Positions 13,051 to 25,512 of a stretch of DNA of 64,000 nt are shown in pieces. The notes under the pieces are model-generated. The model saw only the letters and a program-made list of their open reading frames with translations, made no database searches and was not told where the DNA came from. Position 1 is the stretch's first letter; every line of letters begins with the position of its first letter. This DNA comes from Eledone cirrhosa (lineage: Eukaryota): assembly GCA_964016885.1 (NCBI GenBank), contig OZ024741.1, positions 45,260,001 through 45,324,000 of the forward strand, in the 5' to 3' direction. The translations under genes and the position numbers were made by a program.

Positions 13051-16000
13051 TTCTCTGGTTTTATAATTTCACAAAGATTTACCAATAGAGAGAGAGTCGG
13101 TTTGTAACATAGACACAAGACTCATTGCAATTTACACAACATCAACTAGATAGATATGTATGTCTGCATGTGGAGATATGGATGTTATTGTATGTGTGGA
13201 TGTGGATGTTTTGAGTTGTATGTGTGAATTTGTATATGCTTTGCATCTGTACATGTGTATATCCAGTTATTAGAAGCAAAATGTTATTTCTGTTTCTGTG
13301 AAGCCTAGCTTCTCAAGATTTATATTGAGGCAGTTACTAACATACCCCAGTGCCCCAATAATCACTGGCATAAATCTGAAGGTGTAATCAGGGTGGACTA
13401 TCAGCAGATTTCTCATCAGTTCTTCATAAATATTCTCCTTTTCGCTATTATATTGGCATCTGCTGGGCAGCTAATTTCCACTACTGTGCATGCTTTCTTC
13501 TCCCTGTCCCATATCATAATATCTGGTCTGTTATGCCTGCATTTCATTGGTGTTTTTACTGGAACATTCAACCAGTACTATTTCATATTATGTACATGGA
13601 TGTCTTCCACATTGCTGTAGCTTTTAATATGTTTATTATCGGGGCTATCCTTTTTACAAACTGCATTGTACAGTGTTTTGGCCACTACATCATGCCTCAT
13701 AGGTAGATAGTATCGCGATGACATCTGTGGACAGCTGCTGATGACATGGGTGATATCCTCGATGTTAGTTCTGCAGAGTCTGCACTTGTTATCACATCTA
13801 GGTGTTTTGCCTGCCTCCCTATCTCTTTTGTGAATCAGGTATTTTGTGTTAATCTCCTGTTCTTGGTTTGCAAAAGGGTATCCTTCAAAGTGGGAGCCAA
13901 TATAGCGGTTGTTGGTCCAAGATAGACTACTTTCCTTATCTATATTACTCTCACTCTGGAGCTTCCTGGCAACATATCCATGCATGCTTTTTTTGCTGAT
14001 AAGCATGCAGTTTTTCATCCATGGATACACTGCGATACTGCTGAGCCACTTCCCTGAGTGTGAGCTTTTGATTATCACCACAGGGAACATCTCTCGAGGA
14101 GTTCCTTCCCAACTCTCATGATCTTATCTGTTTCATGCAGATAGACTTGCTCGAGAAGCGGGCTCCTACGCTTCGAGGTTCGTAGATGTTGTCGGAGAGA
14201 TATGATGCGACATTCAAATGTTGTCTGGACTGATGTTAGGCCCCCTGCTTACGTTTCAAGTAAAGGCGCTCTATGTCACTGTTGATGTAGACGTTTCCGG
14301 TGTTGTTTAGTATTTTTCGAGTTCCAACATCAATCGTCCAATTGAGTATTCCAAACGTTGGTGTTAGGACAGGCACAGAAATAAACACATTGTGAGCCGC
14401 CACCGTTTTGTTTTGCGCAGAGAGTTCCGATGAGCAGGTCTTTCTTAATCGGGTGTAGTATTCCCTGGTTGTGCGTTCTTTATTACAGATACCATTATCG
14501 GATATGTTCGCATCTATCCCCAGGTATCTGTAGCAGTCCTTATCAGATATCGGTGAAACAGTTAGACCATTGATGACAATGTTGCTAGATTGGGTTGTTG
14601 GTTTTCCCCGCTTTACAGTCATGTATGAACATTTATCTTGGCCAAACTCCATTCCTATATCCTTTGAGAACGTTGTAACCAGGTCAAGATTTTTCTTCAT
14701 CCCATCAATGTTCTTGGCATAAAGTTTCAGATCGTCCACAAAGAAATTATGAATTAGGTTCGTATTTCTGTCCTCCTGTGAGCCAATTATGTATCCCTCA
14801 CATTTCTTGAGCAGTAAGGACAAGGGGTTTAATGACAAGATGAATAATATCACAGAGAGACTGTCCCCCTGAAATATACACCTGCAATATTTTATTTTAT
14901 CAGTGAAAATAGAGTCTTCCCTCTCTGTCTTTAACCTTAGGATAGCAGCCCAAGAAGAAAACTTCTCTATGGCTCTGACAATAATGTCTGGGACTTTAGC
15001 AAGTTGGAGGGCCTCTATCATCCTAGAGTGGGGAACAGAATCGGAAGCTTTCCTGTAGTCCAGCCAGACTGTAGCCATATTCCTCATAAGTTGTCGCACC
15101 TCCGACATCGCAGTTTTGTTGATTAGGAGTTGTTCAGCACATCCCCAAAACCCTTTCTTTCCAGCTGCTTGTTTATCTGTGATGATGTTATTATTTTCAC
15201 AGTGATCTTGGAGGAATAGGTTCTGGCAGGCTGTATACATCTTATACATCAGGTTCTGGCATGCAATGGGTCGGTAGTTTTTTTGTAAGTGGGTGTCTTT
15301 GTTCTTGGGGACCAGTAATGTTTGTGCTAATGTCAACCATTCTGGTATTAAGAACTTGTTCGTAGAGGTCAGTAAGATACCTCCGATACAATATCAGTTT
15401 TTTTGTACCAGTAGCCGACAATCATGTCTCTTCCTGGTGTTTTCTTATCTTGGAGTTTTCCTATCACAGTCTCAAGATTACCCTCACTTATTTCGTATGT
15501 TTTTGTTGTAGTGTAGGAGCAATAGTTCTTTCGGATTTCTCTTAGCCACACTGCATCTTGATTGAAATTCTTCTTTTCACCCCATATTTTGCTCCAAAAG
15601 GAATCTATGTCTTTCTGGGATGGAGCCTCAGTGACACTTATTATTTTGCCCTTCATATCTCTATAGACTGATGTTTGGTTTCGTCTGAATCTTTTATTAA
15701 GGACTTTTCTCTAATCTACCTTCTTCAGGTATCGGCATTTTTCGCTAACAGCTTTCAATTCTTGTTTGAGGGTGATCAGCTTATATTGAAGAGTTCTGGT
15801 TCTACTGTTACCAAACATTATCTCTATTTTATTTTTCACTCTTTGTTGGTGAGGAGTGAAGTTTTTTTCTGTTTGTTTGCATGTAAGGAGCATTGTCACA
15901 TATCCTATGTTTTTTCGTAGGTCAGCAATCTTTTTTTCTATTTTAGTTATATATGATGGTATATTTGTGGTGTTTTGTTCTTGTTAATATCTCTATTATC

Positions 16001-17055
16001 ACCAAGATAATGCTTCACTGTCGTTGCTAAGGCATATAAACAGGCGTTGATTGGCCAAAATGTTGGGGTTTTTATCCGTCGTAAATATTCATCCCCTATT
16101 TCGTCAATAGCACGTAATATTTCATTATTTGTTATTTTTTATTAAACATTGTCGTTTTAATACGTTCTGCAAGAGAAATGTTTATACATAAATTAATTTC
16201 TCTCTGGAAAATTTCGTTGAGGGAACATTTCAATTGTTTATACTTTTGGTTATTATCATTATCGATAGTATTTTCCACAACAGTCGAGGTAGACTCGGGT
16301 GGTAGACGTGGTGTCAAATTTCTTCAATTATTATTATTAATTCTTCGATTATTATTATTATCGATAGTGTTTTCCCTAGCATTCCAGGTAGACTTAGAGG
16401 GTACAGGTGGTGTCAAATTTCTTACAGGCATAGTTGTTTCAAGGTACTGTTCGACCTGGCTGTTAAGAAGTCTAGTAGCATGGCGACCTGTAGCACGTGT
16501 TGTTGATTCCATGTTTGTTGTGAGGCACTTACAATTAATACTATTTATCTTATTTTTACGTTCAACAAACGTCGCTTGTTGGCGTAATTGTTTCGCTGTG
16601 AAATAATTAAGCGCTGGGTGCATTTCGTCCCAGTGTAGCTTCATTCTGTTCATATAGCCAATGGAGGGATTGTTTTTTGCCATTATATAATAATTAAATA
16701 AATCATTATTAAGTTCGCAACTCCAAGAGAAATGCGATTTATAATTTCGGGCTTTTCTGTAGCTACAACTGAATAAAGTTTGTTTACTTTTCTTGTTGGT
16801 TGTCTTCGGTACTTCCTTAATTTTGTTGTTGATGTTGTGTTCAGTCTTGCTGTTTGTAGCAAATCCTTGTAAAATGAATTATGTATTTAGTCGGATATCT
16901 CGACGAATTCGAATAAAAGGTGTCTTCTGAAGATATAGTTAGAAGAATAACCAGTTATTCAACATGACTGTAGTTGTGGCATTACTGTCGGAGATAGTAT
17001 TCATCTTACATTTAATAGTCTCCCACGCCAAAATATGCGACTGATCGCGTTGACT
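13051..17055 (-). mobile_element. Near full-length decayed R4/Dong RLE retrotransposon flanked by (ATGT)n
   Basis: Broken ORF pieces: N-terminal GYMNRMKLHWDE...KQLRQQA (16324-16683); RT NYRPIAC, QGDSLS, HNFFVDDLKLY (14236-15336); CCHC CRLCRTNIEDITHVISSC and RHD (13578-14090). ATGT repeats at both junctions. Confidence 0.9.
14236..15336 (-). pseudogene. Reverse transcriptase fragment of the R4/Dong element
   Basis: Motifs WLDYRKASDSVPH, IFQGDSLSVILF, FVDDLKLY and YRYLGI. The flanking frames are disrupted. Confidence 0.9.
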
Positions 17056-17071
17056 GTATATGTATGTATCT

Positions 17072-17528
17072 AGGAGCTTTTAAGACTCAATGGCCATCCA
17101 AAATCACCGGGAGAGATGACCCCTTAGCCTTTGTCAAGGCAGAATTCTAGGAGAAGGAAAACTCTGATATAACACCTGCAACCCTGATGGTATCCAATGA
17201 TGTTGACTTGTTCTTCTTTTTGGTAAATATCATCTTGGTTAAGAGAGTGGGACTGGCTTTGTGCAGTGCCTGTGCTCACTATAAAATCTTCACGGCACAG
17301 GCATTGCTTCATATCTGGAGATCTCTCTGCACTTGTCATCACATGGTACCATGGGCCCAGCACTATTTGTCAATAATTATCACAAGTGTAGTGTTTGTAC
17401 CAGAGTTGGCTGGACTAAAAAGTCGCAGGCTGGACTAAAAAGTCACACTCGTTCAGCGTATCGGTAGGGGTTCTCCTACATGGATATAAAGTAGTGGCCG
17501 TACTCGAAAACGAGTTGCCAGCCACCAT
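17072..17528 (+). mobile_element. 5'-truncated RTE-derived non-autonomous element (family of 62979-63588)
   Basis: Near-identical to 63142-63588; ends GTACTCGAAAACGAGTTG.CAGCCACC followed by (ATGT)n. Confidence 0.8.
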
Positions 17529-17545
17529 GTATGTATGTATATAGA

Positions 17546-17866
17546 CATGTACCGCGCGGTTAAACCATTGGGAGTGAAGGACCCCTAGCCTTTGTCAGAG
17601 AATTCTTCTAGGAGAAGGCAACTCAGGAAACTGGGATAACTCCGATATAAGAACTGCGACTTAGTAGTTACCGATGATGTTGATCTTTTCTTCTTTTCGG
17701 GTTATAGCTACTGTCGCTCAGAGAGTGGGATTAGCTCAGTGCACAGTCTTTCCTCTCTTTAAAAGATATCTTCCCGCACAGGCATTTCACGAAAGAATTA
17801 ATTAATATCTATTAATAATGGTATATCGTGCAATGGCCATACTCGATAACGAGGGGTCAGCCATCT
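17546..17866 (+). mobile_element. RTE-tailed short element, second subfamily
   Basis: Closely matches 48325-48625; tail GGCCATACTCGATAACGAGGG..CAGC followed by (TATG)n. Confidence 0.75.
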
Positions 17867-17885
17867 TGTATGTATGTATATGTGT

Positions 17886-18346
17886 GTCAGGTCGCTCTCG
17901 ATTGCTACCGGTAACATGTAACCCATTACATCCAGTCTCATGATCGGGTCGTCGACGACTAAACCGGCAACCCCACAAAGCTTGCTTGGTGAGGAGGGTG
18001 ATATTTGGACACCTTGAGGGATGAAATACAAGACCTGACAAAGGGTGGAGGAACTCAAAAGAGTCAACAGCCATCCAAATAGTACCTTTTTTTTTCACGT
18101 AGGAGTGAAAGGCCCCCAGCTGTTGTTACAGCACCTTTCTAACTGCGGCTTCGGAAGCATCCAATGATGTTGACCAGTTATCGGTGGTCAGAGAGTGGGA
18201 TTGGTCGAATGCAAGGCCTTTCCCCACTTAAATAAACCTTCAAAGCACAGTGTTTCAGGTTTTTTTGGCTGGCCGTAGCCTAAAAGTGCACCAAACTATA
18301 ATCTGACAAGCGATTGCAGTACTCTTAGCAGAGTTTGCAGCCATTA
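17886..18346 (+). mobile_element. RTE-derived non-autonomous element with intact 5' end, third subfamily
   Basis: The 5' sequence GTCAGGTC...GGGTCGTCGACGACTAAACCGG...GGTGAGGAGGGTGA parallels 62979-63100; ends TTGCAGCCATT followed by (ATGT)n. Confidence 0.7.
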
Positions 18347-18363
18347 TGTATGTATGTATCAAA

Positions 18364-18482
18364 TCTGAGTTCAAATCCAGCGGAGGTTAACTTTGCCTTT
18401 CATCCTTACGGGGTCGATAAAATAAAGTACCAGTAATGCACTGGAATAATTGCAGGCCTTGTGCCAAATGTAGAAACAATTA
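18364..18482 (+). mobile_element. 5'-truncated SINE
   Basis: CTGAGTTCAAATCCAGCGGAGGTTAACTTTGCC...GGCCTTGTGCCAAATGTAGAAACAATT. Confidence 0.85.
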
Positions 18483-19112
18483 TGTATCTGTATATCATGT
18501 GTGTATGTTTTTATTTCTTGCCGATGTATATTGACGAAGGTAGTAACTGTCGACGGAATTCCGACTGTGTTTGTATGATGTCTCTTGGAATATGTTACAG
18601 AAACTCGCTTCCCACTCATCAATGTAAGAAATTAAGTGAACCTCTAATTTGGTCTTTAGAAACATGTAAGCAACATCAATTTTCATAAAATTGAGGCGTT
18701 AAATGAAACATAAAATAGTGTCCAGATGCATCATCTGGCAGTTATAATTTCCTCACTATATTATATTATCCGTTCCTGTTAAACAAGATTAACATGGATA
18801 CAAATCAGGTGTTACTATATCGGCCTAATGCCAATTGTTTCATAATTGGAATTAACTAAATTCTTAACATGCGTCCGATGATATTGCGCATTTAATGAAT
18901 TTTACTTTTCCAGAGGAATCAGTTTATTAATTTACACAACAGTGAACGATATAGCGCCCAGGCGTTTATCATACCAGAAATACACATCCTTATTTATAAT
19001 ATAATGTAATGTGCTACTGTTCATTATAATAATTACGAAAGCGGCTCTACTACAGGCTCATTTTCTATACCAATTGTGCATGTTTAATTTTGTCCGACAT
19101 TTTGAAATTGGC

Positions 19113-19290
19113 TAATAATTGTTTCTACTTTTGGCACAAGGCCAGCAATTATCCAGTGCATTACTGGTACTTTATTTTATCGATCCCGTAAGGATGAAAG
19201 GCGGGATTTTAACTCAGAATGGCAAGGACCGTAACTCTATGCGTCAAAGCATGGCGTCCGACCCTCTACCGATACTGCCAATCCACCGCC
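19113..19290 (-). mobile_element. Full-length tRNA-derived SINE
   Basis: Reverse complement GGCGGTGGATTGGCAGTATCGGTAGAG...CTGAGTTAAAATCCCGCC...GGCCTTGTGCCAAAAGTAGAAACAATTATT. Confidence 0.85.
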
Positions 19291-19291
19291 C

Positions 19292-19362
<71 letters not shown>

Positions 19363-19373
19363 AAGAAGAAGAA

Positions 19374-21784
19374 AGAGGCAACGACTTGATCCCTGGGGCG
19401 GAGCAAACTAAAACATTCCGGAGAGGAATATGGGAGCAGGATGTTAGACATAATGTCCAGGCAGGGTGAATTGAGACAGTACATAGGGAGATCGGTGAGC
19501 AGGCACACCAACAAACTGATTTGAGTATCACAGTTGAAACTCTTAAGGGGTAGGCCAAAAAACTAACCAACTGGAAATCACCAGGCCCAGATGGTGTGCA
19601 GGGGTATTGGATTAAAAATTTAACATCCCTCCACCCGAAGCTGACGGCCATGTTCAATGACTGCTTGGTGTCGGGTGAGGTGCCAGAGTGGTTGACAAAA
19701 GGTACCACAGTTCTGATAATGAAAGACCGAATCAAGGGTAATGATGTTACCAACTATAGACCTATCACATGTCTGTCCGTAATGTGGAAACTGTTGACGA
19801 GCATTGTGTCTGAGGAAATCTACCATCACCTCCACACAAACAACTTGTTACCGGACGAACAGAAAGGATGCCGAAAGAAGTCACGTGGTACAAAGGACCA
19901 GTTACTTATTGATAAGATGGTAATGGGGAATTGCAGGAGGAGACACACTGATCTTGCCATGGGATGGATAGACTACAGAAAAGCATTTGACATGGTGCCT
20001 CATTCTTGGATCACCAAAAGCCTGGAGATCTTCAGGGTGGCAGATAACATCAGACAGTTGTTGGGCAGGAGTATGGGGTCCTGGGAGACAGAGTTGACAT
20101 CAACTGGAGTATCCTTGGGAAGCGTGAAGATCAGGAGAGGTATCTTCCAGGGAGATAGCCTGTCCCCTCTGTTGTTTGTCCTTGCCCTGATGCCCTTGAC
20201 CATTATGCTGCGAAAAGTGAGAGCAGGATACAAGTTGGGAAAGGGAGAGCTTACCATCAATCACCTCCTCTTCATGGACGATCTTAAGCTCTTCGGGAAA
20301 AGTGAGAAGGAGTTGGATGTGCTTGTTGACACTGTCCGTATTTTCAGCAGTGATATATGTATGCAGTTTGGTATTAGTAAATGTGGAGTCATTGTGATGA
20401 GGAGGGGTAGGTTGAGCAGAAGTAACGGGATCCAGATACCAACAGGTGAGATGATAAAGGAAATTGACTCTGAGGAAGGATACAAGTATTTGGGCGTTCT
20501 GGAGACTGATGGCATAAAGAACAAAAAAATGAAGGAATTGTTAAGAACTGAATACATTCGGAGAGTAAGGAGCGTATTGAAGTCACATCTGAACAGCAGA
20601 AATGCCATAAGCGCAGTAAATTCCCGAGCTGTGTCTATTATTAGGTACAGTGCGGGAATTCTGAGATGGAATGTTGCTGAACAAAAAGAAATGGATAGGA
20701 AGACTAGGAAGCTATTGACTATCTACAACATGTTCCACAAGAGGAGTGATGTCGATAGACTCTACCTAAGGAGATCTGAGGGTGGAAGAGGTCTTACCAG
20801 CATAGAGGACTGTGTTCAGATGGAGAAAAACAACCTATACAAATACGTGACATATAGTAAGGAGCCAATGCTCAGAACTGTACTGAAGGAGGGGACAGTA
20901 GGCCAGGGGATGTCCAAGGAGGAAATAACATCAAGGAGGAAGAGCAGCCTTAAGGGAAAATCCCTTCATAGTACCTTCTTTGAGAAAACTGAACTTAGAG
21001 ATCCACAGACATGGAACTGGTTGAGAAGAGGAGACCTCAAAAAGGCTACAGAAGGAATGCTAATGGCTGCGCAGGAGCAGGCCCTCAAAACGAAGTGGTT
21101 GAAGCACCATATTTACAAGGAGGAGGCTAGCCCACTGTGCAGGATCTGTGGAGAGAGAGAGGAGACTGTGGCTCACATTGTGTCCGAGTGTAAACACCTA
21201 GCCCAGACCCACTATAAGGGCTGGAGACACGATGTGATGGGCAGGGTGATCCACTGGCACCTGTGCAAAGTAAACAATTTACCACATTCTGAGAAATGGT
21301 ATGAGCATAGGCCAGAGGCGGTGATGGAGAACAATCAGGTGAAGGTGCTGTGGGATTTTAGGATACAGACGGACAAAAAACTGGAACACAATAGACCTGA
21401 CCTGGTGGTTGTGGACAAAGAAAAAAGATCGTGTCTGATTGTGGATGTGGCCTGCCCTTTCGACACGAGAGTGCAAGAGAAGGAGAGGGAGAAAATTAAC
21501 CGATACCAGGACCTAAAGTGGGAGGTGAAAAGGATTTGGAACTGCCATGAAGTCAAAGTGATCCCGATTGTCATAGGCGCACTGGGGACTATCTCCAAAA
21601 GTTTCCAGGGATGGTTAAAGAAAATCGGCCCCGTCACGCTTTTTGGAACGCTTCAAAAGGCATGTTTGCTTGGAACAGCAAGAACCCTCCGATACGTCCT
21701 GAATATCTGAGGCTGCAGGTAGTGGCTTGATATTCATTCCAACGAACTTTCCAGTTAACCAACATCAATGACTGAGATTCAAGG
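19374..21784 (+). mobile_element. Young 5'-truncated R4/Dong RLE non-LTR retrotransposon inserted in (TAA)n
   Basis: Preceded by (TAA)n(GAA)n and followed by AATAACAAC(AAT)n; contains the 704-aa frame. Confidence 0.95.
19596..21710 (+). CDS. RT + CCHC zinc knuckle + restriction-like endonuclease (N-terminally truncated R4/Dong ORF)
   Basis: NYRPITCL, WIDYRKAFDMVPH, GIFQGDSLSPLLF, HLLFMDDLKLF, CRICGEREETVAHIVSEC, RHD, RPDLVVVD...DV...EKINRY. There is no true start: the frame extends upstream past one TAG near 19551. Confidence 0.93.
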   Translation: MQGYWIKNLTSLHPKLTAMFNDCLVSGEVPEWLTKGTTVLIMKDRIKGNDVTNYRPITCLSVMWKLLTSIVSEEIYHHLHTNNLLPDEQKGCRKKSRGTKDQLLIDKMVMGNCRRRHTDLAMGWIDYRKAFDMVPHSWITKSLEIFRVADNIRQLLGRSMGSWETELTSTGVSLGSVKIRRGIFQGDSLSPLLFVLALMPLTIMLRKVRAGYKLGKGELTINHLLFMDDLKLFGKSEKELDVLVDTVRIFSSDICMQFGISKCGVIVMRRGRLSRSNGIQIPTGEMIKEIDSEEGYKYLGVLETDGIKNKKMKELLRTEYIRRVRSVLKSHLNSRNAISAVNSRAVSIIRYSAGILRWNVAEQKEMDRKTRKLLTIYNMFHKRSDVDRLYLRRSEGGRGLTSIEDCVQMEKNNLYKYVTYSKEPMLRTVLKEGTVGQGMSKEEITSRRKSSLKGKSLHSTFFEKTELRDPQTWNWLRRGDLKKATEGMLMAAQEQALKTKWLKHHIYKEEASPLCRICGEREETVAHIVSECKHLAQTHYKGWRHDVMGRVIHWHLCKVNNLPHSEKWYEHRPEAVMENNQVKVLWDFRIQTDKKLEHNRPDLVVVDKEKRSCLIVDVACPFDTRVQEKEREKINRYQDLKWEVKRIWNCHEVKVIPIVIGALGTISKSFQGWLKKIGPVTLFGTLQKACLLGTARTLRYVLNI

Positions 21785-22058
21785 AATAACAACAATAATA
21801 ATAATAATAATAATGTTTTCTTTATTAACCACAAGGGTTTACATAAAGTAGACATTAAGGACAGTACAGGACAATACAGGACGGTACAAATGGGCATTTC
21901 TGCGTGTAAAAAAAACAGAGGATGAAATAAAATAACAAAGAAAAATTCCCCAATAGGGGGGAGACTTCCGAAGGACATTCGTGGAGAAAGCCCATTAAAA
22001 GACCACAGTGGCCCTGACCACCAGGGCAAGTGCCCTCTCCCAGTTTTCCACCTTTAAT

Positions 22059-25000
22059 TTACAGACACATTCTCAGAGAAGGCTCATTCATTCGGGCCAT
22101 ACTTGCTTCTCTCACCCATCTTTCAACAAAATGCTGGGAAGAGAGCACTTCTCTCTCTACCCTGATTTTCCTATTCAAATGAAATTTGAAAAAGTTAATC
22201 AGGGCATCACCGAAGAGATAAGTGCTCGTCTTCAGCCCTTTCAAACGTGTCCACCATACTATCTCTTTCGCCATGGCCACCAGACAGATAAAAACTGCCT
22301 GCCCTTCCCGGCTAAAGGAAGGGGGCGGGGCAATCCTCACGATGGACTCAGCTGATAGCTGGATCCGTCCTACACGTGACAGCAGGTGTTCGACATAAAC
22401 CCACAAGTCAGCATTGCTCGGACACTGGACGAGTGCGTGCAGGACGGTTTCGTCGCCCTGCGCGCATCTCGGACATGCCCGGCTGACGGCACCTCCATGC
22501 CTGTAGAGTTTATCCCGAACTGGCAAAGCTCCTCGGTAGCACTGCCAGGCCAGGGATTTCTGGAAGTTGTCCATAGGCCCCGGCCCGAAAATCCTTCCGA
22601 AGAGATTGGCTAGTTGATTTTCGTCGACGCCTAGAGTTTCTCCAAGTACGTCGTCGCTCTTCCCCTCGAATAATCCCCTATAGAACGCCAAGGTGGAGTT
22701 TCCACCGATCACATTGCCCGATTGGTCGAGGGCTGTGAGCGCCTGACGTCATTCCAGTCTCCAAGCGCTCCCTCTCGGTCATCGCTTGACCCAGGACTGC
22801 AGCTCCGTCAAGGAGACGAGCTGGGGAAAAACGCGTCTAGCAAACGGCGACGACACCTGATCACCGTCGAGGAAGAGGTGGAGATGTCGTAGCATGAGCG
22901 CGTGTCTGCGCATCATCAGCCACGGCATGCCCAGCCCTCCACGTAGCGGGTGTTGACAGCAGATGGAACGCCTGACCATCGGAGCGCGTCCATTCCACAA
23001 GAAGCGAAAGAGCAAACGCTCCAGCGCAGTCAGGCGAGGCTTAGGACAAGGTACGACGGTCAGGCGGTAGTAGATGACGGATGCGATGTACGCATTCGCC
23101 ACCTCCGCTCGACCTTTCAGGGATAGCTTCCTCTCGGCCCATTTCTGGGTGAGAGAAGCCACCCTGCTCGTCACCTCGTCCCAGTTTTTGTACGTCTGGA
23201 GGCCTGGACCGAACCAGACCCCTAGAAATTTAACCGGTCCGTCCGTCCAGCGCCCAGCGACGCTGTTGGACGGCATGGACCTGCCTCTCCAGGTGCCGAG
23301 CTGCAGGCCCACTGACTTTTCCTGGTTGATCATTGCTCCTGTCACCGCTTCGTATTCTCTTAGTGTAGTGCCGATCGCCTCGATGTGTTTGGCGTTCGAC
23401 ACCACTACGGTGACATCGTCGGCATATGCTGACACGGATCTTCCGCATCCTAGTTCGCGCGGGACCCCCCTCAACGTCTCCAGTTTGTGCAGTAATGGCA
23501 CGAGAGTCAATACGTACAATAGGGACGAGAGGGGACATCCTTGGCGGACCGAGCGCATGATGTTGAACGGTTCCGAAAGGTTACCGTTCACTCTCACTAC
23601 AGAGCAGATGTCGCTGTGCATGGCAGCGATCCAGCCTCTGAAGACGGGCCCAAAGCCAGCCGCCCTCAGGACTGCCGCTAGGTAACGATGGTCGACCCTA
23701 TCGAAGGCTTTCGACTGATCTAAATTGATCAAAGACCCACCTGTGCCAGGTTCCCTAGCTACCCTCTCTACGATGTATCGCATGAGGTGGAGGTTGTCGT
23801 GGATGGATCTGTCGGGAATGGCGCATGCCTGTGCCTCTCCCACCAGACCACCAACGACAAGCGCCAACCTCTTTGCTAGCACCTTGGCCAAAATCTTGAA
23901 CTCTGTGTTTAGCAGAGTTATGGGCCTAAAATTATCTATGTTATCCCCCTTGTTCGGATCCTTTCTCAGCAGCGCCACCGCTCCTCGGCTCACAGAGCTG
24001 GGATTTCTCCCGTTCTGTTGCCAGTTGCAGTAGACGTCCGCCAAGAGGCCTCCGAACAAGTTTGGCATTTGTACGTAAAGTTCATAGGGCAGACCATCCA
24101 AACCAGGCGATTTACCCCTTGTGCAACTAGTCATTGCATCCCGTACTTCAGCGGTTGTTATCGGCTTTTCGCAACACTCCGCCTCAGTGGCCGAAAGCCG
24201 CGGCAGTCCGTCGAGGTAGACACTAAAGACCATCCCTCGATCCGGCCCGCCACTGCCCCCGAACAGTTAAGCGAAGTGTCGCTGAAAAGCTTCACACATT
24301 TGCCCAGGATCGAGTAGCATGCGCCCGTCGTGGTCCACCAAAGACCGGATCGTGGCTTTGTTGCCACGACGCGCCCCCGCCCCTCGGGCCCATTGAACGG
24401 CTTTCGTCCCCTCGTGTCTGAGAGCACGCACCCTAGCTCTGACAACGCAGCCTTCGTGCTTTGCATTGAAGAATTGGTCAAGGGCCAATTTCGCCGCAAG
24501 TACGTCGGTCGCGATGCCTTTGCTAAGCGCCTCATCTAATTTTCTAACTAATTCTCCTTCTGCTCTATTTTTCTCTATTGTTAAAGTCTTACTAAACCTA
24601 ATGGACTCTATTCTAATTGCTCTATTCAGAGCAAACCACCACTTGTTGTTGACGATGGCCCCCGTCAACGCCCGCTTAACTAGTTCGCTAATCCGGTCTC
24701 TGTAGGCCTTGCGCGCTGGTAAGGACGCATTTAGCTTCCAGTAGCCGGGTCCTCGTCTATGAAGCCTATCTAAGTCAAGCACACAGATCACGAATTTGTG
24801 GTCCGTGTAGCTGACTATCTTGAATTGTGGACAGCCTATGCTAGACCTATCTATTTCCCTACAAAATACTCTATCTAGATATGATCTGGATGACCCTATG
24901 CGATTTGTCCAAGTCCACATTGGTACATTCGGGAAATGCATTCGGTACCTGTCAGACAGTTCAAAACGTCTGAGCAGGTTGGTGAGACTCTTGCACCCTC

Positions 25001-25478
25001 CTTCCCTATCCACTAATCCCACACAATCCCAGCGTGCATCTAAGATCCCGTTCCAGTCGCCCACTAACACTAAAGAGCGGGACGTTCCAAGAAAGGTCTC
25101 CAGACGCCGGAAGAAATCAGGCCGCCCTTCTCCTGTCGGGGCATAGACGGCCACTAACCTGAAAGCTTGCCCGTCTCCGCTGGTCACGTCCAGCACCACC
25201 AACTTACCTTCTGGGTCCAGGAAGATGGCCCGTATGGCAAGATCCAAACCTCTCCGAAAAAGCACAGCAACTCCTCCCCCCGATCCCGGACGGCTGGGAG
25301 ATGCGTACACATCGTAGCCGCCGAAGATCGGTGCGAAAGCCTGTGCTTCGGAGATTCTGGTCTCGCTGATGGCCACTACATCTATGTTTAGTGACCTGAA
25401 GTCGTTGAGCAGGTGGCCCTGCTTCCATGACGACCCCAAGCCACGCGCATTTATGCTACCTATTCTGAGTGAGGTCAT
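22059..25478 (-). pseudogene. Tx1-like ORF2 (APE endonuclease, RT, C-terminal zinc finger); one frame with three in-frame stops
   Basis: SINARGL, AISET, LVGDWN, YLDRVF, TDHK (APE); LDQSKAFDRVDH, QGCPLS, AYADDV (RT); CPRC...HALVQC. Stops at 24267-69, 22779-81 and 22749-51, all in the same frame. Confidence 0.92.
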
Positions 25479-25512
25479 GTTGAAAAGGAGTGGAAAAGAT
25501 GGGAAAGACCAC

